DNA from: Octopus bimaculoides
Taxonomy: Eukaryota
Assembly (NCBI RefSeq): GCF_001194135.2
Contig: NC_068988.1
Coordinates: 90,026,800-90,090,799, forward strand
Length of the DNA stretch: 64,000 nt
Direction: 5' to 3'
Below the pieces are notes generated by a model, which saw only the letters and a program-made list of their open reading frames with translations, searched no databases and was not told where the DNA came from. Position numbers and translations under genes: made by a program. This document shows, one piece after another, positions 26,533 to 40,022 of the stretch; position 1 is the first letter of the stretch; the number at the start of each line of letters is the position of its first letter.

Positions 26533-27389
26533 NNNNNNNNNNNNNNNNNNNNNNNNNNNNNNNNNNNNNNNNNNNNNNNNNNNNNNNNNNNNNNNNNNNN
26601 NNNNNNNNNNNNNNNNNNNNNNNNNNNNNNNNNNNNNNNNNNNNNNNNNNNNNNNNNNNNNNNNNNNNNNNNNNNNNNNNNNNNNNNNNNNNNNNNNNNN
26701 NNNNNNNNNNNNNNNNNNNNNNNNNNNNNNNNNNNNNNNNNNNNNNNNNNNNNNNNNNNNNNNNNNNNNNNNNNNNNNNNNNNNNNNNNNNNNNNNNNNN
26801 NNNNNNNNNNNNNNNNNNNNNNNNNNNNNNNNNNNNNNNNNNNNNNNNNNNNNNNNNNNNNNNNNNNNNNNNNNNNNNNNNNNNNNNNNNNNNNNNNNNN
26901 NNNNNNNNNNNNNNNNNNNNNNNNNNNNNNNNNNNNNNNNNNNNNNNNNNNNNNNNNNNNNNNNNNNNNNNNNNNNNNNNNNNNNNNNNNNNNNNNNNNN
27001 NNNNNNNNNNNNNNNNNNNNNNNNNNNNNNNNNNNNNNNNNNNNNNNNNNNNNNNNNNNNNNNNNNNNNNNNNNNNNNNNNNNNNNNNNNNNNNNNNNNN
27101 NNNNNNNNNNAAATTTTATAATTATAAGCATACTCATAATTAGAGTTCAGCAAAATTGCTTCACCACATACCGAAATTTAGAAATAGCAGTTAAATACTA
27201 TTCCACTACCCTACTATATCTCCTAGACAGCAATACTCCCAACTCACGCAGGCAAAGAGAAGACATAACGCATCTACCCGGCTTTGATCAACTATATACG
27301 TGTTTCTGGTTTTAAAAATGTAAACTATCATTTTTTTTTACTCACTATATTACTTGCTATAGTCGCTATATTACCTGCTAGGCTTAATA

Positions 27390-28050
27390 CTTCAATGTGT
27401 AGGTGGAGGGGATAATTAGATGTGGAAATTGTGTGGGATTCTGTGTGGAGTTGGTGTCAGATGAAGAGAGGTACTGACTGGAGCTCATATAGCGCAAAGG
27501 AACGAAGAGAGAAGATAAATTCTGTTCACGGCGAAAGCTGGAGTCCGGGTAGTCCCTGTGCAGAGACATTCCGAACACAAACAGATGTTGTAGCACTAAA
27601 GCGGGGTGTGACTGCCGTGCCTGATGTCTCAGAAGTACTCCGCGAACTGGTCAGCCAAGAGGTGTCCCGTTTGACCAATGTACAGGGATGGACAGAGAGA
27701 GAGAGCTGGAGATGCAGTAAATTACATTATTAGACGTGCAGATAAAGAAGGCGGTGACGTCATAGGGATGGTGTTAAGTGTCATTGAGGATGCAAGTGTG
27801 ACAGCGTGGGTCGAAGCAGGGAAGGACTCAGGCTGAGAGGTAGGAGTGGAGAAGGAAGGTCACGAAGTTTATGGGATCATTTGAAGGAGGGAAGGAGTAG
27901 GTTAATGAAGATATATGAGGTGGGGTCGGGCTGGCCAGTGAGGACGGTAGTGTTGCAGAGGTAGGGGCAGGTGAGACAGCATGGGCGGAAGCAAAAAAAG
28001 ACAGTCTGAGAGGCAGGGAAGAAACTGTAGACCAGGAGGTCATGCAAGCT
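27390..28050 (-). mobile_element. Second Penelope-like relic (GIY-YIG endonuclease end), different subfamily from 3050-4330
   Basis: Reverse strand reads FICTSNNVIYCIS...YIGQTGHLLADQFAEYF*DIRHG...RREQNL, with frameshifts. Confidence 0.82.
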
Positions 28051-28069
28051 ATATATACATATATGTATG

Positions 28070-28126
<57 letters not shown>

Positions 28127-28461
28127 NNNNNNNNNNNNNNNNNNNNNNNNNNNNNNNNNNNNNNNNNNNNNNNNNNNNNNNNNNNNNNNNNNNNNNNNNN
28201 NNNNNNNNNNNNNNNNNNNNNNNNNNNNNNNNNNNNNNNNNNNNNNNNNNNNNNNNNNNNNNNNNNNNNNNNNNNNNNNNNNNNNNNNNNNNNNNNNNNN
28301 NNNNNNNNNNNNNNNNNNNNNNNNNNNNNNNNNNNNNNNNNNNNNNNNNNNNNNNNNNNNNNNNNNNNNNNNNNNNNNNNNNNNNNNNNNNNNNNNNNNN
28401 NNNNNNNNNNNNNNNNNNNNNNNNNNNNNNNNNNNNNNNNNNNNNNNNNNNNNNNNNNNNN

Positions 28462-28690
28462 TCAGGCTGAGAGGTAGGAGTGGAGAAGGAAGGTCACGAA
28501 GTTTATGGGATCATTTGAAGGAGGGAAGGAGTAGGTTAATGAAGATATATGAGGTGGGGTCGGGCTGGCCAGTGAGGACGGTAGTGTTGCAGAGGTAGGG
28601 GCAGGTGAGACAGCATGGGCGGAAGCAAAAAAAGACAGTCTGAGAGGCAGGGAAGAAACTGTAGACCAGGAGGTCATGCAAGCTATATAT
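28462..28690 (-). repeat. Near-identical copy of 27828-28056 across a gap (probable assembly overlap)
   Basis: Same sequence and the same following microsatellite on both sides of the 28127-28461 gap. Confidence 0.85.
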
Positions 28691-28783
28691 ACATATATGT
28701 ATGTATATATATATATATGTATGTATGTATATGTGTGTGTGTTTATGTATATATGTGTGCATATATATGTTTTAATATATACG

Positions 28784-28821
<38 letters not shown>

Positions 28822-29409
28822 CGTGTGTGTGTCTTTGTATTTCAATATAAATCGTTATGCATAGTCTATCACCGGAGATCTATGTGTGTTTCTGTCATTA
28901 AGCGTGGAGACTGGTAGCATATGCACACTTTTCTTAGGAAGAAAATGCCTATGAATTGAAGTAAAAAATGGCACCATCAATAAGGAAATCGATAAAAAGC
29001 TTGATGTCAAATTTTGGACACAAAATCTATAATCTAATCAATAATGATCCGTATTATATAAAATTAAAGACACGTGAATATGATGTCCCATAACACATCG
29101 AAAATGTAGTGTTAAGCTTATTAGATCTTATGCTTTACTGCAATTTCATAGTGTTCCTCCCCCATGCTACATTATGGTGCAGGAATCCTGTATCAATAAT
29201 AGCTGTATCGTATCATTTATAACAGCGCTGATTTTCAATAATCCACAATTTTATGTTATCATTTGATTTTTAGGGTTGTGCATTTGATATGAGAATATGT
29301 ATAATACTTCTTCCTACAGTGGGATTATAATGATAGCTAAGATACCATACAACTACGAAGATTACAAGGAGTTGGTATCATTTGAGCATTGGATACAATG
29401 AATTCCAAT

Positions 29410-29580
29410 ATTTGCTCCGACTAAGACAGAGCCGTTTACACGCTGTGCAAATTGCCTGTCTTTAACTTCTGTGTTCTTATTCTGGCGAGGTCGACTTAAC
29501 CTATCATCCTTTCGAAGTCGAGAAAAGAAAGTATCAAAAGCACTGGGGTCGATGTAATCAACTAGCACCTCCCAACAAAA
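29410..29580 (-). mobile_element. SINE family C copy (diverged)
   Basis: AAGCACTGGGGTCGATGTAATCAACT and GAGGTCGACTTAACCTATCATCCTTTCG segments. Confidence 0.55.
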
Positions 29581-29657
29581 TTCAGCCGTGTTACTATAGC
29601 AAACAGGAACATTGGCACCGATGTTCTACGGTCTGAGTTCAAATCGTGTCGTGTATC

Positions 29658-29720
29658 ATACATCATCTCTACATCCTGTCCTAAAGTGATATTTTGGGAC
29701 AGGATGTAGAGATGGTGTAT
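29658..29720 (+). other. 28-bp hairpin with two G.U pairs and a 7-nt loop
   Basis: ATACATCATCTCTACATCCTGTCCTAAA-GTGATAT-TTTGGGACAGGATGTAGAGATGGTGTAT. Confidence 0.85.
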
Positions 29721-31299
29721 TGAATTGGCTCTAGTAGTTCAGCTAATTAGACGAACAATATCGATTTTCTAGAAACTTTAGTTCCAAAGCCTTTCCGGAT
29801 TACTGATTTTTCACGATCAGGAATAATGATGACTCTATGAGTCATCATTCTAAATAAAAATAGATATAAGCTGGCGCTCCGCCGGTTCTGTCGACGAGTG
29901 TTCCTGTTGATATTATTAACGGAAGAGCTGGCTTTTGAAATTAACGTGCAAGTGACTGTACTCCATAAACACACGTAATCTTAATGCATTTCCCAGGGAG
30001 ATTCGGCGTGATAGAGAATGAGGCAAGATTTACTATTCATTATTGCTAGGAGAGTGGACCAGATCAACGTGAAATAAAGCGACCTGCCCAAGGAAACACA
30101 ATAGATATTAAACTCTCATAAATAATAAACTTTTACCTTATTATGATTGACAAAATTTTTATTAATACTATACTGTGCAAGACACTAGTCTGTACAAGGG
30201 ATCAGTAAACTATTCTGGCTGCTGCGGAAATTGTAATATCCTACTCGTAAATGAGTACGGACTATGATGAGATTCCGGACCAGCAACGTCTAGCAATGTC
30301 CAGAATGTTGGTGCTGTACCTGCATTAGAATTTGTTCAATATCCCTTCTCATGACACTACCTTTCTATCTGTATATACAAAGGCACACGTACTCATATAC
30401 ACACATACACATATATAAATGTGTATGTGTGTTTGTGTCTGTAATTGTACCTAGCTCCAAGCTTGTGCTATCGTTCTTCTTGATATCAGTTCTCTATGCA
30501 TTCTTAATGCAAGCTTATCATCTGAGAGCGCCGTTTTGAATTCTCACTTACAATTCAAATAACTTATCTTTCTTTTAGCCACGAAGGAATACGAGTGAAG
30601 AATGAAAGATTACCATTACAAAGCACCTTTTTATACGTCTAAGGATTTATGATAATTAAGATGTTGATTTTAATAATAATGCTCAAAATCTGAATTTTAT
30701 TTGACGTTCAACACATCCTTCTAGTGCCATAAAACATGACATGAATATCGTGAAATCGCATTTGTTTAAAAATATCTCTAATCAGTCTTTTGTTTAGTGT
30801 CTATGAGAGAAATGATTATGTTTATATCTGGTGATCTTTCCCAATTAATAATTGAAAACATACTGAACGTATAAAGATAGATTTTAAATAAACGAGTTGT
30901 TATATTGCCTGCTAGGCTTAATACGTCGACTTAGAGTTACATTTACATGTTGCCTCTTAAGTTTAAAGTGTCAACATGTTTTCTATCATTTTTAAAGAGT
31001 AATCTTATTATCAGTTAAATAAAACGCTACGAAAATAAAACACAGCACTTTAATATAGAAAGAAAAGAAAAAATAAAATTGTTTACGGGACAAAAAATCC
31101 AGAAACTTATGCAGATTAGAACCTCACAAATGTTTGATAATTATCAAACCTAATTTATATCTAGAAGACGTAACAGTAGTCATTAACAGCCCGGTCGCAC
31201 ATTTGTTGCATCTGAATTCGATTGAATCTAATTAATGAATTGCTGGTAGTAATTTGATCAAGCTTAGAATATCGAGAGACGTTATAGATTCCACTGGGA

Positions 31300-32700
31300 C
31301 TCGATCGTAGTATATTTTGGGAAGAACGAATGAGTCATAAAAGACTACAGATACTACATTTGCTCTGAGTACTATTTATTTCAAGAGGCATTTTCTATAC
31401 ATAGACCAAGTAATTATGTAATTACAATCACGTAAAAAGTTAGTATTCATGAATTTTCTGTTGTAGTTATATATTTCTGGTCAATTATCTCCACCCATCC
31501 CTTGTCTGTTTTAACACGTTTTTGTTTAAGACTGTGATATCGATAGGAAATCTTAACATACATTCATATATCTTTTAGGAAGACTATTGTGATACGTTTA
31601 GCTACATATCACTTATAAGGAAAGTGATTCCATCTTATATTTGTATTTCTACTTTTAGTATCATTTGTGTTACTATACTTATTTCAGACTGTCATTGAAA
31701 CTGCATTTGATTACGGCATGGGATTCATTATGTAAATATTTCTTTCAATTGATAGAATAGACATATGTTTAGTAATATAGTTCGTAGTTGGGTTTTGATC
31801 ATGGGAATTTGGGTAGTATTTATATTGAGGCATACCTTTCTTTCGTTGTGTTTAAGTTAATGCTTTCGCTGATTTTAGCTTTAATATTGCACACCTGTAA
31901 TTTACACGTGATAAGTTTGTTTTTATTGAAACTTTTACACTGATTTCACTAATAATGATAATAATAGCTTTTCACGCTTTTCAGAGTATTCCCATTTATC
32001 CCAGTATTGTCTTATATTAGTGAATTCCGTTTTTAGTGTGTATGGGGTATGACAAATTATGAAATAGCTGCTCCTTGACAGTTGTCTACTTGAACACTGA
32101 AATGTTCATTGTAGCGCTTCGAAACGGAAGGAATCGTCAAAAGTTGTAGTGATACAGTAATGCTTCCCAGCAATCATAACGAGTATTCTACACATAAACT
32201 GGTAATATTCTGCACTAGTGAGATGCTTGGATATACAAAAGCTGGATACTTTTAACTACATGATTGAGGGATTTACGTATTTCTCTTGTGTTATACCTGT
32301 TTGTGTTGCACTTGTATAATAGAAATTATATTTTATTTCCTTTTGTTTAGATATAGCAAACTGACATTTTCTTTAGCTGCTGACTCCATATTGCTGATGT
32401 GACCCTGTAAAACAATGTATAGTTCCCATGGTCGGAGGTGCTCTATTCATTTTACTAAATTTAACGTATTTCGGATAACATTGGGGTAGTTATAAAAATC
32501 GTTTCGTCATCAGATTGATTTAAGGCCAATTCGAACTTATCGACACCCATAACTTCCGCTTGATTATGTAGTGGTTCGAAGTCAGATTTATTGTCCAACG
32601 ATGTGTTGTTCGTGACAATGACGGACAAGAATGTATCTCGTTCCAGTTGGTTTACGAAGTGAGCTATGTTTTATATTTGTAGCTATCATATAACGAAATA
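31300..32700 (-). mobile_element. Possible ancient R4/Dong-like LINE relic
   Basis: Faint motifs in the expected order on the reverse strand: MGVDK-like, a C...H..TGC knuckle remnant, IDITV...NV. Heavily degraded. Confidence 0.3.
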
Positions 32701-32941
32701 GCTCTCTCTCTCTCTCTCACTCATGGTATTTGGAGGTGATTGGTATAATTAAATTTAAAGAATACACTGTAATAAACGAAGGGATTTAGAATGTTGCAAA
32801 GGCAGAATTTTGCATGTCAGTTTAATGTATAGTAAACTAAGCTGGAAGAAACGAAATTATGATATATAAATATATGAGAAAAATATACTATATTGAACAT
32901 TCATCGTCAAAAGTTATACACATAGCTAAAGATAGATAGAC

Positions 32942-32998
<57 letters not shown>

Positions 32999-33407
32999 GA
33001 TAGATAGATAGATAAGTAGAGAGAGAGAGAGAGATTCTTATGTATATACACATATGAATAGAGGGATAAATAGGTGGATAGATTGATAAATATGTATTTT
33101 GATGGGCATTTATACATTTAATATATATATATATATAGATCACATACATAGAAACGTACAAAGATACATACAAATAGATGCATACATAGATAAATAGACA
33201 GACAGATACATAGGTAGATGGAAAGAAAAAAAAGAAACTTCATCTGTTCTTATCTAGTGTTTATGAAAGCACGGGCTTCTTTTGCGCTCTTTGATTGAAT
33301 ATTGCTGATTGACAAAATTACTATGTACATAGCAGCATCAATTCAAGCGCTTCTTTGCAGTACGAGGTTTGATGATATGACAATTCATGTGCATATACGT
33401 ACATATA

Positions 33408-33445
<38 letters not shown>

Positions 33446-33907
33446 NNNNNNNNNNNNNNNNNNNNNNNNNNNNNNNNNNNNNNNNNNNNNNNNNNNNNNA
33501 ACATGCACACATATGTATGTAAATACATATATCATACAATATTCATACATGAACTTATGTATATGTGCATGTACATTTATATATATATATATATATATAT
33601 ACTCTCACGTGCACGAAATATATATGCCTGTGAATATGATGCATGAATATATTTTTCTTCTCCCTCTATAAATACATACTTCATCAAACCTCGCTCTTCG
33701 TACAACATGATCGATACAAGCAATAATAACACGATGTACACCATTCTACATCCACTGTATCAAATATCCCATCTTTCTCGTTTCCAATAAAGACCGATTT
33801 AATACAACACTCCATGTGTGTATATCTTTCATCAATTTTTTTTTTTATCTATTTATTTTCCTAACGTGTTCCTAATGAAAGGAACGTCCTGCTGCCTTTT
33901 CTATCAG

Positions 33908-33929
33908 AGTGTCTACGATGAAGCTGAAT
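33908..33929 (+). CDS. Candidate 22-nt micro-exon (phase 0/1), SVYDEAE+T
   Basis: Branch-point-like CCTAAC ~45 nt upstream, tcctgctgccttttctatcag acceptor, AAT|GTAAGT donor; in frame with 24825-24938. Confidence 0.4.
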
Positions 33930-34509
33930 GTAAGTAGTGCTTTACGACAAAAAAAAAAAAAAAGGTTTCCTGGAGATCATTTACACTTGATATTCATGCT
34001 GATAGAGATAATGATAACTAGTGTTGGCTGCCATATTAAAATAAGCTCTTAAAAGAGAAAAAAAGATATTTTCTGATATGCTTCACTATGTGTGTGTGTG
34101 TTTTTTGGTGTATACAATATGATGTGTTGCTTAACTGGGTGATTAAGAAATCAAAAGTTTCATGTTCTCATGATTTAGAGTGTACTGTCATGAAATCGTT
34201 CCATCGCATCTGACTTCTTATTCATGCCAAACCACTCAAAATACATGCATATATTGACTCACATGCGCGCAAGTACACACACATACACCCCCATTTATGT
34301 GTGTGTATGTGTGTGTTTGTGTGTATGTGTGTGTGTGCAAATAAATATATACATATATACATGCATACATACCTGCATAGAGAGATAGATAGATAGATAG
34401 ATAGATAGATGATAGAGAAATAGATATAGCATAATCATAATAAACATTTATATGAGTATAAATTATATATATATACGTATGTGTGTGTTTGTGTGTGTGC
34501 GCGTGTGTA

Positions 34510-34559
<50 letters not shown>

Positions 34560-34560
34560 A

Positions 34561-34591
<31 letters not shown>

Positions 34592-34954
34592 CACACACAG
34601 AGGGTGCAGTGAATAAATTGTCGTCTAAATTACGCAAAACTGAAAATAACATTTATATTTGATTTTAACAGATGCATATTTACCAAACTTATATAAAATT
34701 ATCTTGAAATACCAGGGAGTAAATTTATTGAAGCCTACGAAAGCATACGAAACGCTTACGAGAATATAGAGCTCTAAATACTAAACATATACTAAAAATA
34801 TATTCACAGAGACTCTTTTAGAAATTGCATATCTAAAGTAACTTCATATATAGTTTAACATTATTTATAAAGGGGATCATATACCAGCTGCCAATATAAA
34901 GGCATTGTTCTTTTGTATTGAGTTAACAAGAAACTAATCTGTTTTTTTTTTATT

Positions 34955-36110
34955 TTTGTGCGTGAAATAAAAGTAATTTTGTAATCATACAAAGAATAAA
35001 CTTTAATCAATTATATATTCTCCATTCTATTCGATAACATTTTCCCATCTTTCTGGCAAATTCATGATTCCGGACTCATGGACTTTATCATCCTTATCAG
35101 CCCAAAACTGAAGCAACTGTGATTTCAGATCAGTTTTCTGATTCAAAATATTTTAAAAATAAACGGTAATCTAATGGTGCAAGATCAGGGCCATATGGTG
35201 AATGTGACATCATTTCCCAACCATGCTCCGATAATTTTTCACGAGGTAGTAAAGACGTGTATGGTCTAGCGTTTTCATGGCAGAACACGGTTCCTTTACG
35301 ATTTGCCAATTCTGGTCGTTTTTCTTTGATTGCATTCTCCAGTTTCATTAGTTGTTGACCGTGAACATCTGGATTGACTCTTTGGTTCCTTGTAAGCATC
35401 GCAAAATACACAACACCTTTGTAATGCCACCTTTTTCTGATGTACTTCAGCATTCGATGTAGCTTGTGCTGGTTCATTACGCTTAGACCATGATCATTTT
35501 TGATTGATGTTATTGAAGACATTCCATTTTCATCACCAGTGATGCATGTCTCAAGTATTGATTCGTTGTGGTAAGTGACTCTCTTTCAATTTATGTGGAA
35601 CCCAAATAAGGAGTCCAAAACGTTTAAAGTGATTTTTTAGTCGTTTTGTGTGATACATTTACCCTCTCTGCAATCTCGCGCACTGTTTTATCACAATCAA
35701 ATTCAATTATGGCTTTTATTCAGTCATCATCAACTTGAGTAGGTCGACCAAAACTCTGATCATCTTTGAGTGAAAAATCTTCGGAACAGAATTTTAAAAC
35801 CCATTTCTGACATGTGCGTTCTGTTAAGCAATCAATACCATAAACTTCACACATCTCTTTGTGAACCTCAGCAGCTTTCTGGCCCTTATGGAGATAAAAC
35901 AGCAACATATGGCGAAAATGTTCGTTTCTGCACTCCATGTTAAAATTGCCATTGAATACAAAATTAAGTGCAATTTGCTTCGAAGGTACGCTAAAAGTAA
36001 CGGCTATCAAATGTCAAAAGGAAAAATCATAACATTGCTGAAAGGTTTCTTCAGAAGAGTCGTAAATCTATGTATTTGCGAAAAACGAAATTACTTTCTT
36101 GCCAATCCAA
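34955..36110 (-). mobile_element. Mariner transposon relic
   Basis: N-terminal HTH EHFRHMLLFYLHKG...TERTCQKW...GRP; catalytic region HENARPYT...HSPYGPDLAPLDY; TIR TTGGATTGGCAAGAAAGTAATTTCG at ~36086-36110, degenerate at the other end. Confidence 0.9.
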
Positions 36111-36129
36111 TGTTATGTTTCGCCTCTGC

Positions 36130-36172
<43 letters not shown>

Positions 36173-36295
36173 TGTCTGTCTGTCTGTCTGTCTGTGTCTG
36201 TGTGCGTGTGTGCGCGTTTGCCTGTGTGTGTGTTCGTGTGTGGAAAAGCTTATGTCTGTTTATGTATGCCTACGCCACACTCTCTGAAGTGTTCG

Positions 36296-36330
<35 letters not shown>

Positions 36331-36444
36331 TTATTCAGATGCATACGTCTTTATATATATATATATATGTACGCATATGGTGCTCCAGCATGGCCGAAGT
36401 CAAATGACTGGAACAAGTTAAAGAGTAATATATATGTGTGTGTG

Positions 36445-36742
<298 letters not shown>

Positions 36743-36789
36743 TACAAGGAAATTTATTTGCTAATACATTTTTTCATTACATAAAACAC

Positions 36790-37810
36790 AACTCACCCTT
36801 TAAAAAAAATCAAATTTTAATAAAGTTTTGTGCACATGTTATCGATAAAATTTCGATGAAATTACGATAAAGTTTCGATACAATTTATTCCATAAATCTG
36901 CATTCAACTTCTATGAATGCTGTACTGTCAGTCTCGAACCTTTCACATGCCGAGACCGAAAGGTCTTTATACATTTTGGAGGTTAGCTGGACAATGGCGA
37001 TCTTTAGTGAAATTTAGATTAGTCTCCCTTTCAACAACTCTGTGAAGGTAGTAGTTCTCTGGATGTAAATCTGTCGAGTTTTGAGGTTACAAGTTTGGTG
37101 TAACATGCTCGTAAATGTTGTCTGAAATCCATTCTCGCCGCATTATGAGGATTTCATGAGAAAATGGTGAGTCGTTTTGAAATACAATGAGGCTTTCCAG
37201 TGCATACATCGTTTACTGACTTCAGCATCTCAACGTATCGAGAGCACTAACTCTTAAACTGTCAAGAAACATAATGTAAGCTGGAATGACACAACAAAAT
37301 GTTACTCACCACTCCTGAAACTATCACAATCGCTAGAAACCTTGTGTGATTCGCTTTGGAGACATCAGAACTATTTACATACCGTCATTTATCATCACAC
37401 TTGAAGTCTTTCTTATCGGACAAAATAACCACTTGGCACTGATCGAATGGTTTCGTGCAACAAAGTTCTGTTAGTCCATCAAGCATTTGAAGTTTTTTTG
37501 ACGTCAGCGCTTATTGCTTTATCAGGATCATCATGGATAATGTTTCGATACCAATGGACGAATTGCTGTCTCTTTATATTGTCCAAACGTTTAAAATTCA
37601 TTTTTTTTTAATCTTTCATACAGTTGAAAGAATTCTGTCAGAGGCAGGTAGTTCCATCAAACCTTTTATACAAATTGTCTTCAAACACTTAAAACTTTCG
37701 AAATCACTGTGTACTGCACATATCTTTTCGTTTTTCATGTTAGCACGAAGGAACCTACTCGAAATTTTGAATTTTACTCACCCCACGGCAAGTTCACTGT
37801 CCAAATGTTA
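36790..37810 (-). mobile_element. Tc1/mariner-superfamily relic, maT/DD37D-like
   Basis: Reverse strand LSDKKDF (FSDEK-like), YFKTTHHFL (FQQDSAP-like), REWISDNI...PNL*PQNSTDL...VERETN; many stops. Confidence 0.65.
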
Positions 37811-39982
37811 GTACTATTTCTAAATATCTCCTAAGTTGTCATGCCAGCACAGGCAAACAGCAGTATTTTGGAGTTTGTTTTGTCACATGTGTGTGTGTGT
37901 GCGTGTGTCTGTGTGTTTCTGTGTGTCTGTGTCTGCGAGTGTGTGCGTGTGTGTGAACGTGCGTGCGTGTGAGTATTTTTATACATTCTATATTTTCGGT
38001 TCTTTGAGAGGATCAGTTCAATTAATACGTGGTTGACCTTTGTCAGGTACATACTTTTCTGTGTTCTTCATACAGTTTACTCTTCTCCATTTTGTTTCTC
38101 TTAATTTTTGTCTATGTCAGTATTAATCATTGCTAACACTACAAATGTTTTCACAATTATAATACTTCGGCGCAAAACAAATCCAGAAAGAAGCAGGAGT
38201 AGCGATTCTGTCATCGGTTTTGTGGATCTTGAAATATTTCTGGTGAAAAAATATATGAGAATCATTCCACTAATCTATATCTCCTATATATTAACAGAAA
38301 ACACATTTGACATTGCAGATTTAGATAAATCATGCCTGGAAAAATAGTAGCGACATTATTGCCACGGTTTAATAGTAGACAGAAAGCAATCAAGTGACTC
38401 CTGTTGTCGACGACAACATCACATTCGAAATATTTAAAATGTTTAACGATTAATTCTTGTCTGTGTTGGTTCTTAGTTTGTGTTTTTAATTAGATAAGCA
38501 TCTACATACAGTTTAATAGAATGCTCTGCAGTCCCCGAGTGTTATCAGTTATTTCTGTGTCCCGACTGTTGTTATGCCCAGTACTCACGACTAAACTGAC
38601 TTAACTTGTGTGATTATTTATGAATTTTACTCAACAAATGTATTGTATAAATTTTTAAATGGTGAAATGATATAAAAATCAATAAGGAGAAAACTGGAAA
38701 TTTACTTTATACATTGAAAGTTAATGATTTCTCAGTGCCTGATGGGATCTCATTTCGTTTTGATAACCACTGCTAGTTTTATCATGTATAATATAATTAC
38801 AACTATCAAAATTAAGTGTGTTAATTATGTTACCTCCGCCCCCATCGACGTGCCCAACGCCCGCTTATGGGCAGTACCAACCATGTTCAGAATCTCTGGA
38901 GTAGACGGATAATATGGCTAGCATAGCAGAATCAGTGTTCTGCTACAATCGCTTACAGATGCGTGTCCCCGGTTTACACAGAGAAGATTGCATTGTTTCA
39001 GTACTTTTCTCTATTGAATAAACACGAAAGCTATATTCATTGTTTTTTTAAACACAAGGCAGGCACTGAATGTATAGACAGGACACATAAAAGAATACAG
39101 CTACGGATGTAAAGATAAGCTTAGCTGTAGCATGAGCGCATATTTCTCCATTTCTCCATAATAGAAAAACAGAGGATATTAAAGAATCATGACGTGTGCA
39201 AAAAAAAAATAATAATAATAAATAACAGATGGTGATATGTCTGAGGTTATTACAGCAAAGTTTGACTATAATCTTTCTAAATTGTGTTATGTAACAATTC
39301 CAGCGCTGCTTTATATTATGTAGAAGCTTAATATGGTAAACACTAGTTCTTAGTCACATATATATATATATTTATGTATATGGATGGGTGTATGTGCACA
39401 TACACAGACACAGATACAAACACAAAGACACTCACGCGCACATACATCATAACTATATANNNNNNNNNNNNNNNNNNNNNNNNNNNNNNNNNNNNNNNNN
39501 NNNNNNNNNNNNNNNNNNNNNNNNNNNNNNNNNNNNNNNNNNNNNNNNNNNNNNNNNNNNNNNNNNNNNNNNNNNNNNNNNNNNNNNNNNNNNNNNNNNN
39601 NNNNNNNNNNNNNNNNNNNNNNNNNNNNNNNNNNNNNNNNNNNNNNNNNNNNNNNNNNNNNNNNNNNNNNNNNNNNNNNNNNNNNNNNNNNNNNNNNNNN
39701 NNNNNNNNNNNNNNNNNNNNNNNNNNNNNNNNNNNNNNNNNNNNNNNNNNNNNNNNNNNNNNNNNNNNNNNNNNNNNNNNNNNNNNNNNNNNNNNNNNNN
39801 NNNNNNNNNNNNNNNNNNNNNNNNNNNNNNNNNNNNNNNNNNNNNNNNNNNNNNNNNNNNNNNNNNNNNNNNNNNNNNNNNNNNNNNNNNNNNNNNNNNN
39901 NNNNNNNNNNNNNNNNNNNNNNNNNNNNNNNNNNNNNNNNNNNNNNNNNNNNNNNNNNNNNNNNNNNNNNNNNNNNNNNNNC

Positions 39983-40022
<40 letters not shown>

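Noticed and set aside
27828-28690. ~230-bp near-identical duplication that could be a PLE terminal repeat
   Set aside because: It straddles a gap and includes the same adjacent microsatellite, so an assembly artefact is more likely; long reads would decide.
32495-32520. CTGATGACGAAAC on the minus strand
   Set aside because: Stem II is absent; it lies within a probable LINE relic.
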